From the IMG/VR virus record IMGVR_UViG_3300021400_001610, positions 18,490-82,489 of that record: 64,000 bases of DNA, one strand, 5' to 3'. The notes under the pieces are model-generated. The model was not told the DNA's origin and ran no database searches. It saw only the letters and a list, made by a program, of their open reading frames with translations. A program made the position numbers and the translations under genes. The stretch comes from a virus. Taxonomy: Duplodnaviria > Caudoviricetes. Of this stretch, positions 13,732 through 23,869 are shown one piece after another (within the stretch, counting starts at the first letter, position 1; every line of letters begins with the position of its first letter).

Positions 13732-13995
13732 TTATTCATTGATATAAGAAGCCCGCCTTTTCGTGGCTCTTTTTCTACATTGTATACATTTTCTTTTTGC
13801 GTTGACTTTTTTCGAAGGACACCATGCTGGATGGTCGCATCCATAACACCTGCCCTTCGGTAATCTTCTATATAAAGCTCTCATGTTTGTGTTTTCTCGC
13901 TCCCACGCTTTTAATGCTTCACACTTATAAGCTAATATGCATATTTCATAGCACATAGGACTTGGTTCGACCCCTATCGTTGTGCATTTAATCAT
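13732..13995 (-). CDS. Cys-rich hypothetical protein
   Basis: 87-aa ORF with several CxxC; overlaps the upstream stop. Confidence 0.6.
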   Translation of the reverse strand: MIKCTTIGVEPSPMCYEICILAYKCEALKAWERENTNMRALYRRLPKGRCYGCDHPAWCPSKKVNAKRKCIQCRKRATKRRASYINE

Positions 13996-14239
13996 TTTTA
14001 TTATCCTTTTTATATACGCCCGCGTAACAATACCCTTCCATATCTACGAATGAATGATGGGCTTTACAAATACCTTGTATAGATGTAGTTCTTTCAAAGA
14101 ATTCACAATTTTTACATTTGACGATACTTTCATAAACTTCTATTAATTCATCTATGTCTGCGCGGCGCCAGTCATCTTCTTCTTTATGCTTCCAAAGTAT
14201 TTTTGACTCATCTACTTCAGTTCCAATTTGAATTATCAT
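13988..14239 (-). CDS. Cys-motif hypothetical protein
   Basis: VKCKNCEFF...C...C motif. Confidence 0.65.
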   Translation of the reverse strand: MIIQIGTEVDESKILWKHKEEDDWRRADIDELIEVYESIVKCKNCEFFERTTSIQGICKAHHSFVDMEGYCYAGVYKKDNKND

Positions 14240-14520
14240 ACTTCACCGTCCTTTCTACGCACGCCGTAGGAGCAATAATCTTCATCTTTACAGAACCCGC
14301 CGCCATTTACGTTCCTTATCGCACAATATCTTCCTTTCATAAAATCGCTGTCTATACGCAGATACTTACAATCTTTACATCTAATTACCTCTACAGCATC
14401 TATGGTAGGGGCGCTATCGATGTCATCTTTGTAGACCACTTCGACGTATTCCCAATCACCATTTTTCATTGGTTCGAAGCGCCCGCTTGATTCAAGAGAA
14501 TCTGCATCTATTAATCTCAT
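14236..14520 (-). CDS. MRLIDAD-type phage protein with Cys cluster
   Basis: MRLIDADSL ... APTIDAVEVIRCKDCKY ... YCSYG. Confidence 0.75.
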   Translation of the reverse strand: MRLIDADSLESSGRFEPMKNGDWEYVEVVYKDDIDSAPTIDAVEVIRCKDCKYLRIDSDFMKGRYCAIRNVNGGGFCKDEDYCSYGVRRKDGEV

Positions 14521-14526
14521 TATTCC

Positions 14527-14715
14527 TTACTTCCTGTATATATTAATAATAACTTCTGCTACATTATCTTTAGGTTCAAAATATTTAGCACATTGTTTTC
14601 CGTTTATATTTTTGATGCGATATTCGTTTTCTCCATCGGTTATTGTGAGGATTATTCGGTCTCCGTATATAAGTATCATATCTTCTAACTGCTTAATTAG
14701 TTTTTGTATATTCAT
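14527..14715 (-). CDS. hypothetical protein
   Basis: 62-aa ORF in a tightly packed operon. Confidence 0.6.
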   Translation of the reverse strand: MNIQKLIKQLEDMILIYGDRIILTITDGENEYRIKNINGKQCAKYFEPKDNVAEVIINIYRK

Positions 14716-14718
14716 ACT

Positions 14719-14955
14719 TCACCATCCTTTCATCTTCGCTCCGCAGTTTGGGCAATATTTAAAAGAATATGCTCCACGGTCATATCCGCATTGGTCACAC
14801 TTATATAACATTGACCCCGGAATATGATTTGGCATCCACTGCCCTATATTCGGCTCTAACGCCTTAATTATTTCATCAATTTCATCCACGCTATCCCATG
14901 GAAGATAATCAGTTAAATATCCTTTTACTTTTACCAATGCTTCTTCTTTTGTCAT
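14719..14955 (-). CDS. Zn-ribbon protein (CPNCGAKM type)
   Basis: CDQCG...YCPNCGAKM. Confidence 0.75.
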   Translation of the reverse strand: MTKEEALVKVKGYLTDYLPWDSVDEIDEIIKALEPNIGQWMPNHIPGSMLYKCDQCGYDRGAYSFKYCPNCGAKMKGW

Positions 14956-15152
14956 TCTATATCACCGCTTATCATTTCTGCGATTCGCTCTGCTTCAGCC
15001 ATTGATATACCCCATCCGTTATACTTCCTGTGGCAATCATCGCATCCATGACTTAGGTCATCCTCACCGATTTCTGATGCATATCTACAATTGGTGCAGT
15101 ACATATAATATAGTTCTTCATATATGAGTTTCGCTATCTCTTTCTTTGTCAT
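14952..15152 (-). CDS. Cys-rich hypothetical protein
   Basis: CTNC...CDDC; overlaps both neighbours by 4 bp. Confidence 0.7.
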   Translation of the reverse strand: MTKKEIAKLIYEELYYMYCTNCRYASEIGEDDLSHGCDDCHRKYNGWGISMAEAERIAEMISGDIE

Positions 15153-15715
15153 TCTTCCTCACCTCTCATATCTGCTCCGCAGTTGGGACAGAAATGTTTC
15201 GGCGCATCCCATTCGACATATCCGCATACAGAACAACTGCTAAACATCTCACCACCCGTTGACTTTTCCGTCCATTTTCCTGTTTTCGGCCGTGCGAAAT
15301 ACTTCTGCGCGAATCCGACTATCCACTCTGTAAATGAGATTTCAATCGGCTCTGACGGATATGTATGTTCTTTCCATAGCGTGTTTTCATCTACAATATG
15401 TTCTCCCCACGGAAGGTATCTTGAGTGCGACCACACGAAACCTAAACCTTCGTGCCAGTTCGCATAATAGAAATTGTCAAGCCTTCGACCTACCCAGTAA
15501 TCGTCTAATGACTCCACATAGTAGAATTTCAATTCATTTTCATCATCTGTCTTCGGATCTGCTATTTCCTTTGCCATTTCATTGACCAAATCTTCCATAT
15601 CGTCTCGGTCTATTTTAATTTGTACAATGCATTTAGTCTTCGACTCTGCAGGTGGAAGCGCCAGAATTGCGTTTATTACGTCTCGTCTATTAATAGTATC
15701 ATCGCTCTTGCTCAT
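15149..15715 (-). CDS. Zn-ribbon protein (CPNCGADM type)
   Basis: Start moved to MSKSDD after GGGAG; CSVCG...FCPNCGADM. Confidence 0.75.
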   Translation of the reverse strand: MSKSDDTINRRDVINAILALPPAESKTKCIVQIKIDRDDMEDLVNEMAKEIADPKTDDENELKFYYVESLDDYWVGRRLDNFYYANWHEGLGFVWSHSRYLPWGEHIVDENTLWKEHTYPSEPIEISFTEWIVGFAQKYFARPKTGKWTEKSTGGEMFSSCSVCGYVEWDAPKHFCPNCGADMRGEEE

Positions 15716-16178
15716 AGTAATCTTTCTCCCTTCTAATACATCCTGAACATGGAAAATCAGTATCATATGTTCCAACATGTCTACATCCGTCACAAGTTAA
15801 TACAAATGGCTGTGCAGATGGAAATGATATAATGTCAGCAATTACTTGATCATGGTCTACTGATTCACCAACCTCGCTCTTTTCGATTCTGTTTTTAATA
15901 ATTTCTATTGCATCTTGTTTACTAAAAGGAACTGATTTCTTATCTTTTAATTCTCTAATTTTTTCCTGCATTTTATGCAGCATATCATTCGTAGCCTCTT
16001 GACATTCTTTACAATATGCACTTTGCTCTTGCAATACTTTGATTGCTATATGCAATGCTTCTTGCATATCTTTTTCTATTCCACTATACCACGTATTTAG
16101 CTCACCTTCGCCATAGTCATTTATATTAAATAACATAAGCATTTTTGCTGCTTTTGCTGCTTTTTCTTCTCTTGTCAT
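15699..16178 (-). CDS. hypothetical protein with C-terminal Cys cluster
   Basis: 159-aa ORF, CDGC...CSGC. Confidence 0.7.
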   Translation of the reverse strand: MTREEKAAKAAKMLMLFNINDYGEGELNTWYSGIEKDMQEALHIAIKVLQEQSAYCKECQEATNDMLHKMQEKIRELKDKKSVPFSKQDAIEIIKNRIEKSEVGESVDHDQVIADIISFPSAQPFVLTCDGCRHVGTYDTDFPCSGCIRREKDYYEQER

Positions 16179-16181
16179 TTT

Positions 16182-16466
16182 TTACCTCATTTTTGTACCG
16201 CAATTAGGACAATAATTATATATATACAGCACTTTATGTTGTACTTTTCCACATATAGGACATTTAAGATTAATCCAATTATTCCATCCATCGCCGTCAT
16301 ATTCTTCAATCCATTGTTCCGTTTTAATTTCTTTTAATGGACAGTTCTTTCTTCTTTTTTGAAAAACTACTTTTTCTTCAGTTATTAAACAATATAAATC
16401 ATCATAATTTAAAAAACAACTATCACATGAATCTGGCATTGTTATACTATCAATATAAATTCCCAT
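16182..16466 (-). CDS. Zn-ribbon protein (CPNCG type)
   Basis: CDSC...C...CPL and CPICG...YCPNCGTKM; leftward promoter ~16497-16527. Confidence 0.75.
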   Translation of the reverse strand: MGIYIDSITMPDSCDSCFLNYDDLYCLITEEKVVFQKRRKNCPLKEIKTEQWIEEYDGDGWNNWINLKCPICGKVQHKVLYIYNYCPNCGTKMR

Positions 16467-16611
16467 TTACTTAACTCCTTTTCTTTTCTTCTAAAATAAT
16501 TATAACAGTTTTTTACGTTTACGTCAAATTTTTGTTTACGTACTCTGCGGCCGCGCCAAAATTTGACTTCTTCAGCATCCTGTGCTATACTTATATATAG
16601 GAGGACACGTG

Positions 16612-17919
16612 ATGAATAGGCTGAAGCTTGATTTTACTTTAGAGTCGGCAAAAGAACGAGTCGACTTTATTAATACATATATAAAACAATTTGATAACTT
16701 AACGGAGAAAGAAATTACGACTATTGAAGAATATTTGTTATGGGGTAAGGATGAAAATGGAATTGCCATTGGCGCCGGAACGGGATTAGAAACGAGATGG
16801 AGTAAACCAAAAGAAGCAGAATCGCTTGACGCAGTTTTAGAAAACCCAGCTTTAGCAAATAGTCAACTTTGTTCGTTGAATGATGCAGTTGTTTATAAGA
16901 AAAATAGAGACGTTTTTAATAGAAATGAAGCGAGAAAACAGGCTCCCTCGTTTATTTTACGGATTTTTGAAGATTTGTGGAGAGATATAGATGAAACGGA
17001 ATTGGAGATTAATTTCTACGAAGAAAGAACTGGAAAAAGAAAAAATCCACCAAGGGATGAACTTGTAAAACGCTTTACAAATGAAGAGGTTGAACTCATA
17101 CGTGCGCGCAGCAAAAAACTCAATCAATATAAGTATTTGAAGTTGAGACATAAGTTAAAAGAGTTAAGAGTTGAACAGTTTACAATTAGAGACTCTTATA
17201 GATCAACTTTTAATATCACTCAATCTATTTATAGTCCAAAAGAGAAGACTTTTGTTTTTGATTATGATGTAGAAGTTTTGCCGTTGGGAATTAAAGAAGG
17301 ACAGGTTGGATACTTAATTTTTGATACGAACTTTGACCCCGGCGCCCTAACCGAAAAACAGCTACGTATGATTAGTGATTTAATTTGGAAGAAAAAGAAA
17401 AATCAAAATGAAAGAATTTTTGACTTTAGAAATTTAGAGATGGTTTATCAACTTTACTTATTTAAAGAAGACTTAAATGATAGAGTTGAAAAAATTGATT
17501 ATGATCATTTGGTTGAGAACAATTTGAAAGGATTGATTGATACTTTAAAGTTTTATGAATCAATTGCTGACTTAACAGATATACAACGTGAGATACTGCG
17601 GCTGAAAGAACAAAAAAAGAAAAATACAGATATAGCCGCGTATATTAATGAAAAGTATGGAAAAAGCTATACTGCTAATTATATTAGCACTATTTTTAAA
17701 CAAAAAATTATTAGTAGAATTAATGAAGCAGTAAAACTTCATCAAGATACAATTGAAAATTGTTTCTTTGAAGAGAACTTTAAAGCATGCTGTGATTGCG
17801 GCAGAATTTTATTATTAGATAGCAGAAATTGGGTTAAAAAAGCTAGAAGCAAAGATGGCTTTCAAAATAGATGTAAGAGATGCGAGCACGAAATGAGAAG
17901 GAAAAAGAAGGGGAATTAG
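16612..17919 (+). CDS. putative transcription factor: sigma70-r4/LuxR-like HTH plus C-terminal Zn finger
   Basis: LTDIQREILRLK...DIAAYINEKYG HTH-like; CCDCG...RCKRC; promoter TTGACT(16563)-17-TATACT; start moved to MNRLK after GGAGG. Confidence 0.6.
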   Translation: MNRLKLDFTLESAKERVDFINTYIKQFDNLTEKEITTIEEYLLWGKDENGIAIGAGTGLETRWSKPKEAESLDAVLENPALANSQLCSLNDAVVYKKNRDVFNRNEARKQAPSFILRIFEDLWRDIDETELEINFYEERTGKRKNPPRDELVKRFTNEEVELIRARSKKLNQYKYLKLRHKLKELRVEQFTIRDSYRSTFNITQSIYSPKEKTFVFDYDVEVLPLGIKEGQVGYLIFDTNFDPGALTEKQLRMISDLIWKKKKNQNERIFDFRNLEMVYQLYLFKEDLNDRVEKIDYDHLVENNLKGLIDTLKFYESIADLTDIQREILRLKEQKKKNTDIAAYINEKYGKSYTANYISTIFKQKIISRINEAVKLHQDTIENCFFEENFKACCDCGRILLLDSRNWVKKARSKDGFQNRCKRCEHEMRRKKKGN

Positions 17920-18177
17920 ATGAAGAAAGGAAGAAGTAAACCAGAAAGACTTCTGGAAGAAATTATTAAATTAGACCATGTGCAGTTTCTTGGGATTTGC
18001 AAGATTTTAGATATAAAAATTTTTAAAGACGAAGAAAAAGGTAAAGATGCTGAACCAAAAACTTTTTATGAGCTATGGAGTGAGATGTGCGATGTGATTA
18101 ATGATATGAATCGCACTCGGCGCCGGAACTTAGCTAAATTGGTTTACGCAGCTACTAAAGAAGAAAAGGAGGAATAA
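17920..18177 (+). CDS. hypothetical protein
   Basis: 85-aa ORF tightly coupled to both neighbours. Confidence 0.7.
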   Translation: MKKGRSKPERLLEEIIKLDHVQFLGICKILDIKIFKDEEKGKDAEPKTFYELWSEMCDVINDMNRTRRRNLAKLVYAATKEEKEE

Positions 18178-18178
18178 A

Positions 18179-19168
18179 ATGGCTGTAAATCCACATTTTG
18201 ATATAGATTTTGAATCGAAGAAGTGTGTATGCTGCGGTCAGATGAAGGATTCTTTTTCTTTTTTAAGAACCAAGTCATTTATGTATCCGAGTGGATATGT
18301 AGATGTATGCGTTGATTGTCTTGGAGATAGATTGGAGAGGACTGAATATGATTGGAATGTGATGGATAAGATTTGTCAATATCTTGATATTCCTTTCGAG
18401 GCTCCTAAATTTGAAGAGCTACGATCTACTCATTCTGCGCCCGAGCTATTAAAAGCCTATAACTTAATATACTTTGGAGATGACTATGATGGAATTGATT
18501 GGAAGTCATATCAAGAAGCTTATAAGGAGCTGGAAGCCTCTGGCGCCCTCGACGAAGTAGCTGTACCGGGTATAGCTGAAGAACGTCGTCACCAGCTTCA
18601 AGAAAAATGGGGTATGAACTATGATGATGAGGCTTTAAACTATCTAGAAAACTTATATGATGGGCTTTTATTAACTCAGAATATCAACGGCGCACTTCAA
18701 GGTGACCAAGCCTTAAAGATTTGTAAAATTTCTTATGAAATTGATTGTCGAATCCGCGAAGGCGCTGATTTCGATAAACTTTTAGCTTCATATGATAAAT
18801 TGGTTAAAACTGGCGAATTTACTCCAAAGAATGTAAAAAATGCTAGTGATTTTGAATCAATGGGTGAACTTTGTCGCTGGCTTGAAAAGAAGGGGTTTGT
18901 TAATCAGTTCTATGATGGAGAAACCAGAGATGTGGTTGATGAGACTATAAAGAATATACAAAGTTGGAATCAACGCTTATATACGAATGAAAGTGGTATT
19001 GGTGATGAAATCAATCAACGTATACAATCTCTGAAGACTGCGGCCGAGCTAGAAACTTATTATGATGTAAATCCCGATGTGGATGATTATGATGAGTATG
19101 AAAATGAAGGCTTTGAAAAATTATTTAAAGATGAGGAGTTTGCAGTTGACCTCGAAGGAGGTGATTAA
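18179..19168 (+). CDS. putative terminase small subunit / packaging-associated Zn-finger protein
   Basis: CVCC...CVDC N-terminus, acidic tail, immediately upstream of TerL; function inferred from position. Confidence 0.5.
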   Translation: MAVNPHFDIDFESKKCVCCGQMKDSFSFLRTKSFMYPSGYVDVCVDCLGDRLERTEYDWNVMDKICQYLDIPFEAPKFEELRSTHSAPELLKAYNLIYFGDDYDGIDWKSYQEAYKELEASGALDEVAVPGIAEERRHQLQEKWGMNYDDEALNYLENLYDGLLLTQNINGALQGDQALKICKISYEIDCRIREGADFDKLLASYDKLVKTGEFTPKNVKNASDFESMGELCRWLEKKGFVNQFYDGETRDVVDETIKNIQSWNQRLYTNESGIGDEINQRIQSLKTAAELETYYDVNPDVDDYDEYENEGFEKLFKDEEFAVDLEGGD

Positions 19169-20986
19169 TTGCAAGAGAAAAAGAGAAAAATTATTCTATC
19201 TCATAAGCAAGAGTTAGTTAATAATAATACCGACTTCATTGAACGTGCAGAGCGCGACGGTATAGAATTAGAGAAAGGCGCGGTTATTACTAACGAGTAT
19301 TTAGAAAGAAATAAAAATGATTTGGGTAGGTGGGTTAATTATTTTACTGCTTATCCAGACATTTATTTAGATATAATACGACCTGCTGATTCAGAATTTT
19401 CATTGTTTTTTTACCAAAGGATGACGTTGCGGGCGCTAATGCGTTTTAAAGATGTCTTCATAACGGCGCCCCGTGCGTTTTCTAAATCCTTTATTACTAT
19501 TTTAGCCTTCTTTTTACAGTGTGTATTTATCCCTGGGAGGAAGGTATTTATTTGTGCTAATACTAAGCAACAGGCGGCGCAAATTACTAAAGAAAAGCTA
19601 TATGAAATATTTGATCATTGGCCGCTTCTTAAAAAAGAAGTAATAGGATATGAATTGAAAGATTATCCGGGAAACTATGGAAAGGACTATGTACAGTTAA
19701 GATTTAGAAATGGCTCGGTTCTCGATGTCGTACTTGCTGGAGATGCCGCCCGTGGCGGACGCCGCCATGGTGGTATGATAGATGAGATACGTGATGGTGA
19801 TGAAGAAGCTATTAACTCGGTAGTTATTCCTTTAGTAAATGTATCTCGTCGTTTGCCGAATAATACTGTAAATCCAAAAGAACCTAATCAGCAGATTGTT
19901 GCGACTACCAGTGCGGGAAGTAAAACTTCTTTCTCATATGAAAGATTAATTGACACTTTTGAAAATGCGATAATCGATCCACAACATGCTTTTATGTTTG
20001 GATGCGATTGGCGGCTGCCTGCCATGCATGGACTTATTGACAAACAATATATCAATAAATTAAAAATGAGTCCTTCCTATAATGCTGAATCTTTTGCTAC
20101 TGAATATTTAAGTTTATGGCAGGGTTCCAGTGAAGATGCATGGTTCTCCTATGAAAAACTTTCAAAATATAGGAAAATAAAGAATCCAGAAATGCACGCA
20201 ATTAATAGATCAGGATCTGAACAATTCTACTTAATATCAGTAGACGTGGGCAGAATTTCTGACCAGACTGCGGTGTGTGTATTTAGAGTTAATATATTAA
20301 AAGGAAAATTTTATTCTACTTTAGTTAATTTAATTGTTTTAGGTAGAACTCCACAAACTAAGCCTTTTACAATTCAAGCTGTGGATTTAAAAAAGATTAT
20401 TAGTCTTTATAATCCTCGTGAAGTTGTAATTGATACTAATGGTTTAGGTGTAGGCCTTGCTGATGAAATGATTAAACCTCATTATGATGAAATGGGAAAT
20501 CTGTTACCAGCATATGGTTTTATAAATGATGACACTTATAAAACTATTCAACCTAAAGATGCTCCTAAAATTCTTTATGGAATAAAAGCAAATGGACCTT
20601 TAAACTCTAAAATACATGGTAATTGTTATTCTCGATTAACTAGTGGACTTGTCCGCTTTTTAATAAAAGAGCAAGAAGCTAAAAGTGCTTTACTTGCAAC
20701 TAAAAAAGGTCAAAAAATGACCGTTGAACAACGTGTGATACGTTTAATGCCACACGAAATGACAACAAAATTATTTGAAGAAATGGCTAATCTTCGACTT
20801 AAGCGTACTGGCGCCAGCTTGGACATAGTACTCGAAAGAATTAATTCTCGTTTTCCTAAAGATAAATACTCTAGTTTTTCTTATGGACTTTGGAGAATCA
20901 AAGAACTTGAAGAGGAATACTATAAGACAAGTCATCGTCGGCGCGCAGGTAATCGACAATTAGTATTCTTCTCAGGAGGAAGATAA
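19169..20986 (+). CDS. terL: terminase large subunit
   Basis: Walker A APRAFSKS, RGGRRHGGMIDE Walker B, RNase H nuclease SVDVGR and KDKYSS. Confidence 0.92.
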   Translation: MQEKKRKIILSHKQELVNNNTDFIERAERDGIELEKGAVITNEYLERNKNDLGRWVNYFTAYPDIYLDIIRPADSEFSLFFYQRMTLRALMRFKDVFITAPRAFSKSFITILAFFLQCVFIPGRKVFICANTKQQAAQITKEKLYEIFDHWPLLKKEVIGYELKDYPGNYGKDYVQLRFRNGSVLDVVLAGDAARGGRRHGGMIDEIRDGDEEAINSVVIPLVNVSRRLPNNTVNPKEPNQQIVATTSAGSKTSFSYERLIDTFENAIIDPQHAFMFGCDWRLPAMHGLIDKQYINKLKMSPSYNAESFATEYLSLWQGSSEDAWFSYEKLSKYRKIKNPEMHAINRSGSEQFYLISVDVGRISDQTAVCVFRVNILKGKFYSTLVNLIVLGRTPQTKPFTIQAVDLKKIISLYNPREVVIDTNGLGVGLADEMIKPHYDEMGNLLPAYGFINDDTYKTIQPKDAPKILYGIKANGPLNSKIHGNCYSRLTSGLVRFLIKEQEAKSALLATKKGQKMTVEQRVIRLMPHEMTTKLFEEMANLRLKRTGASLDIVLERINSRFPKDKYSSFSYGLWRIKELEEEYYKTSHRRRAGNRQLVFFSGGR

Positions 20987-22455
20987 TGGATGAACAAAAA
21001 GTAACATTAGCAACTTTTACGAAAGCAATTAATGACATGGTTGCTAAGAATGAATCATCCTATAATTTATCACGCTGGGGAAGAAGCAGATATGAAAGAG
21101 TCAAGGATTATTCTTTAGAAGAAGTAGAAAATATTATTACTTCTGGTTCTATTGAAGCTCAGATAGCTTTATCTCGAAATTATTTTAACAAAGGCGGTTT
21201 TTATCAAAGATTACTTTTACATTATGCTACTTTATTGAAATATATAAGTTTACTAATTCCTAATCCAAGTTTTGGTAAAGATCTCTCCGAACAGTATATT
21301 TCTAAAAAGTATTATAATGCTGTTAGTTTTATTGATAATGCAAAACTTCCCAAGTTATTTACTCATATAGCTATTAAAGCATTGCGGGATGGCTGTTATT
21401 ATGGAGTACTTCAAGAGGTAACTAATAAGTCTATTTCTATATTGGATTTACCTATATTCTATTGTCGCTCACGTTTTAAAGATAAAGAAGGTAATGATAT
21501 AATTGAATTTAACGTTACTTATTTTGATACGATAACAGATAAAGATTTTCGTAAAAGAGCATTGGCGGCCTATCCAAAAGAAATATCTAATTGGTATAGA
21601 CGTTATAAGAATAGAAGAGTTAGTAATCCTTGGTGTTATGTTTCCTCAAGTGTTGGAATTTGTATGTCATTAATTGACGAAAGACCAATATTTTTACAAA
21701 TTATCGAAGCTGAATTAGAATATGATGATGCAAAAGATATTAATAAAGAACGTGACTTAGAAGAAATTAGAAAAATTCTTGTTCAACATATTCCTCATTT
21801 AACAGATGGCGGTTTATTATTTGAACCAGAAGAAGCTCTTGAAATGCATAAGGGCGCAGTTGATATGACTAAGAAAAATGAAAATCTTAGCGTTTTAACA
21901 ACCTATGCAGATGTGGATGCTATTGTTTCTAAGACTTCTAATGACAATGCGCTCAATTCAGTAGATAAAGCTTTAGCTAATATTTACGCTACTGCTGGTT
22001 CTAGTAGCCAATTATTTGGTACTGATTCTAATTTATCTTTAAGCACATCAATCACTAATGATATGGCTTTAATGATGGTATTGGCGCAGAAGCTTGAAAA
22101 TTTTATTACTTCAATTATAAATGAACGGTATGGTAACTCTAATGTTACTTTTACTTATAAAATTTTACCAATTTCATATTATAATCAAAAAGATTATGCA
22201 GAAACAACTTTGAAGTTAGCAAATTCTGGTTATAGTTTCTTACTACCGGCGCTAGCTATGGATATTTCTCAACGAGAATTAAGTAGTATAAAAGATTTGG
22301 AAAATGATGTTTTAAAATTACGAGAGAAGCTTCAGCCGTTAAGTACGTCTTATACGGAAACAGGAAACGTAGGACGTCCTCAAAAAGATGCACAAGATAA
22401 AAGTGCAAAAACAATTGCTAATGAGAAATCATTAGACAATGGAGGTTCTAATTAA
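20986..22455 (+). CDS. portal protein
   Basis: 489 aa, directly after TerL, helical composition; SPbeta-like gene order. Confidence 0.8.
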   Translation: MDEQKVTLATFTKAINDMVAKNESSYNLSRWGRSRYERVKDYSLEEVENIITSGSIEAQIALSRNYFNKGGFYQRLLLHYATLLKYISLLIPNPSFGKDLSEQYISKKYYNAVSFIDNAKLPKLFTHIAIKALRDGCYYGVLQEVTNKSISILDLPIFYCRSRFKDKEGNDIIEFNVTYFDTITDKDFRKRALAAYPKEISNWYRRYKNRRVSNPWCYVSSSVGICMSLIDERPIFLQIIEAELEYDDAKDINKERDLEEIRKILVQHIPHLTDGGLLFEPEEALEMHKGAVDMTKKNENLSVLTTYADVDAIVSKTSNDNALNSVDKALANIYATAGSSSQLFGTDSNLSLSTSITNDMALMMVLAQKLENFITSIINERYGNSNVTFTYKILPISYYNQKDYAETTLKLANSGYSFLLPALAMDISQRELSSIKDLENDVLKLREKLQPLSTSYTETGNVGRPQKDAQDKSAKTIANEKSLDNGGSN

Positions 22456-23852
22456 TGGATAAAGAAAAAGAAAAATTAACAACTTTTTCTCTTTCTGTTT
22501 ATGGTGAAATTGCTAATTATAATGAAGTCTTATCTAAAGGAAGATGTCGAATTTTTTATAAGGGCGCAAATCGAAATCGTACTTTTATAACTGAAGAGTT
22601 TGCTGCAAAATTGGTTGAAACTTTACCTTATACTCCTGTAAAAGGAATATTTGATAATGTAAAAGATGATTATACAGACCATGGCAGAGAAAGATACGAA
22701 GGGCGTATTTATGGTATTGTTCCAGAAAATCCTAATTTTGCTTGGGAAAAACATCTTGATGCAGATGGGATTGAGAGGGAATATGCCTGTACCGACGTCT
22801 TTCTTTTCACTGGACTTTATAAACAAGAAGCTTTTGATATAATTGGAAAATCTCAGTCTATGGAATTATATGTAGATTCTATTGAAGGAGAATGGCAGTA
22901 TATTAATGGGAAGAAATTCTTTGTTTTCACAGAGGGGCGCTTCTTGGGTTTACAAGCATTGGGAGAAGATTATGAACCATGTTTTGAAGGCGCTTCATTC
23001 TATACTTTAGTAGATTCTGTTAAAAATTTAATGGCTGATTTAGAAAATAACGATATATTTCAAAAGCAAAACTTGGGAGGAGAAAAGCATATGAATTTTA
23101 AACTTTCTGATAATCAGAAATACAATATGATTTGGACTCTTTTAAATCCTAGATTTAATGAAGAAAATGATTATGTTATGGACTATGCGGTTTGTGATGT
23201 ATACGATGCTTATGCAGTAGTTTTCAAATTTGAATCTGGTGACTATGAAAGAGCTTATTATACAAAGAATGATGAAACAGATTCCCTTACAATTGATAAG
23301 ATGGAAGGGTGCTACATCGTTGATGTAAATGAAGAGGAAAAGCGTGCGCTTGAAGTTCTTCATGTTATGAATAATAATACTTATGAAAAGATTGATGAAG
23401 TAGTGACTGGTTTACAGCAAGAAGTAGAAAGTTTTAACTCCAAAATTGAAGAGAACGATACTACAATTGCGACTTTACAACAGGATAAAGAGAAACTTGA
23501 ATCTGATCTACAGGAAACGCAAGAGAATTATACAGCTGCTTTAGAAAAGATTGAAGCTCTTAATTCTGAAAATGAAGGCTTAAACGAATTTAAGGCTGCG
23601 ATAGAATTAAAGGAAAAAGAAGCAGTAATTGAAAAATACACTACTCTGTTAGAGGAAGATACAATTGCTGATTTCAAAGAAAAGATCAATGAGTTTACTA
23701 AAGAAGAGCTAGATAAGGAAATGGCGTTTGCTTTAGTTCAGACTAAGTCTACTATTTTTACCAATAATGATGGTGGTTTCATTCCAAAGGATGAGCCTGG
23801 TCTCACTGGAATTGAAGCTATTTTAGAAAGACAAAAGAATAAAACGAAATAA
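22455..23852 (+). CDS. prohead protease/scaffold protein
   Basis: N-terminal domain with NRNRT, SQSME and LGLQALG...PCFEGA; acidic coiled-coil C-terminal half. Confidence 0.7.
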   Translation: MDKEKEKLTTFSLSVYGEIANYNEVLSKGRCRIFYKGANRNRTFITEEFAAKLVETLPYTPVKGIFDNVKDDYTDHGRERYEGRIYGIVPENPNFAWEKHLDADGIEREYACTDVFLFTGLYKQEAFDIIGKSQSMELYVDSIEGEWQYINGKKFFVFTEGRFLGLQALGEDYEPCFEGASFYTLVDSVKNLMADLENNDIFQKQNLGGEKHMNFKLSDNQKYNMIWTLLNPRFNEENDYVMDYAVCDVYDAYAVVFKFESGDYERAYYTKNDETDSLTIDKMEGCYIVDVNEEEKRALEVLHVMNNNTYEKIDEVVTGLQQEVESFNSKIEENDTTIATLQQDKEKLESDLQETQENYTAALEKIEALNSENEGLNEFKAAIELKEKEAVIEKYTTLLEEDTIADFKEKINEFTKEELDKEMAFALVQTKSTIFTNNDGGFIPKDEPGLTGIEAILERQKNKTK

Positions 23853-23869
23853 TAAACGGAGGATTTATT

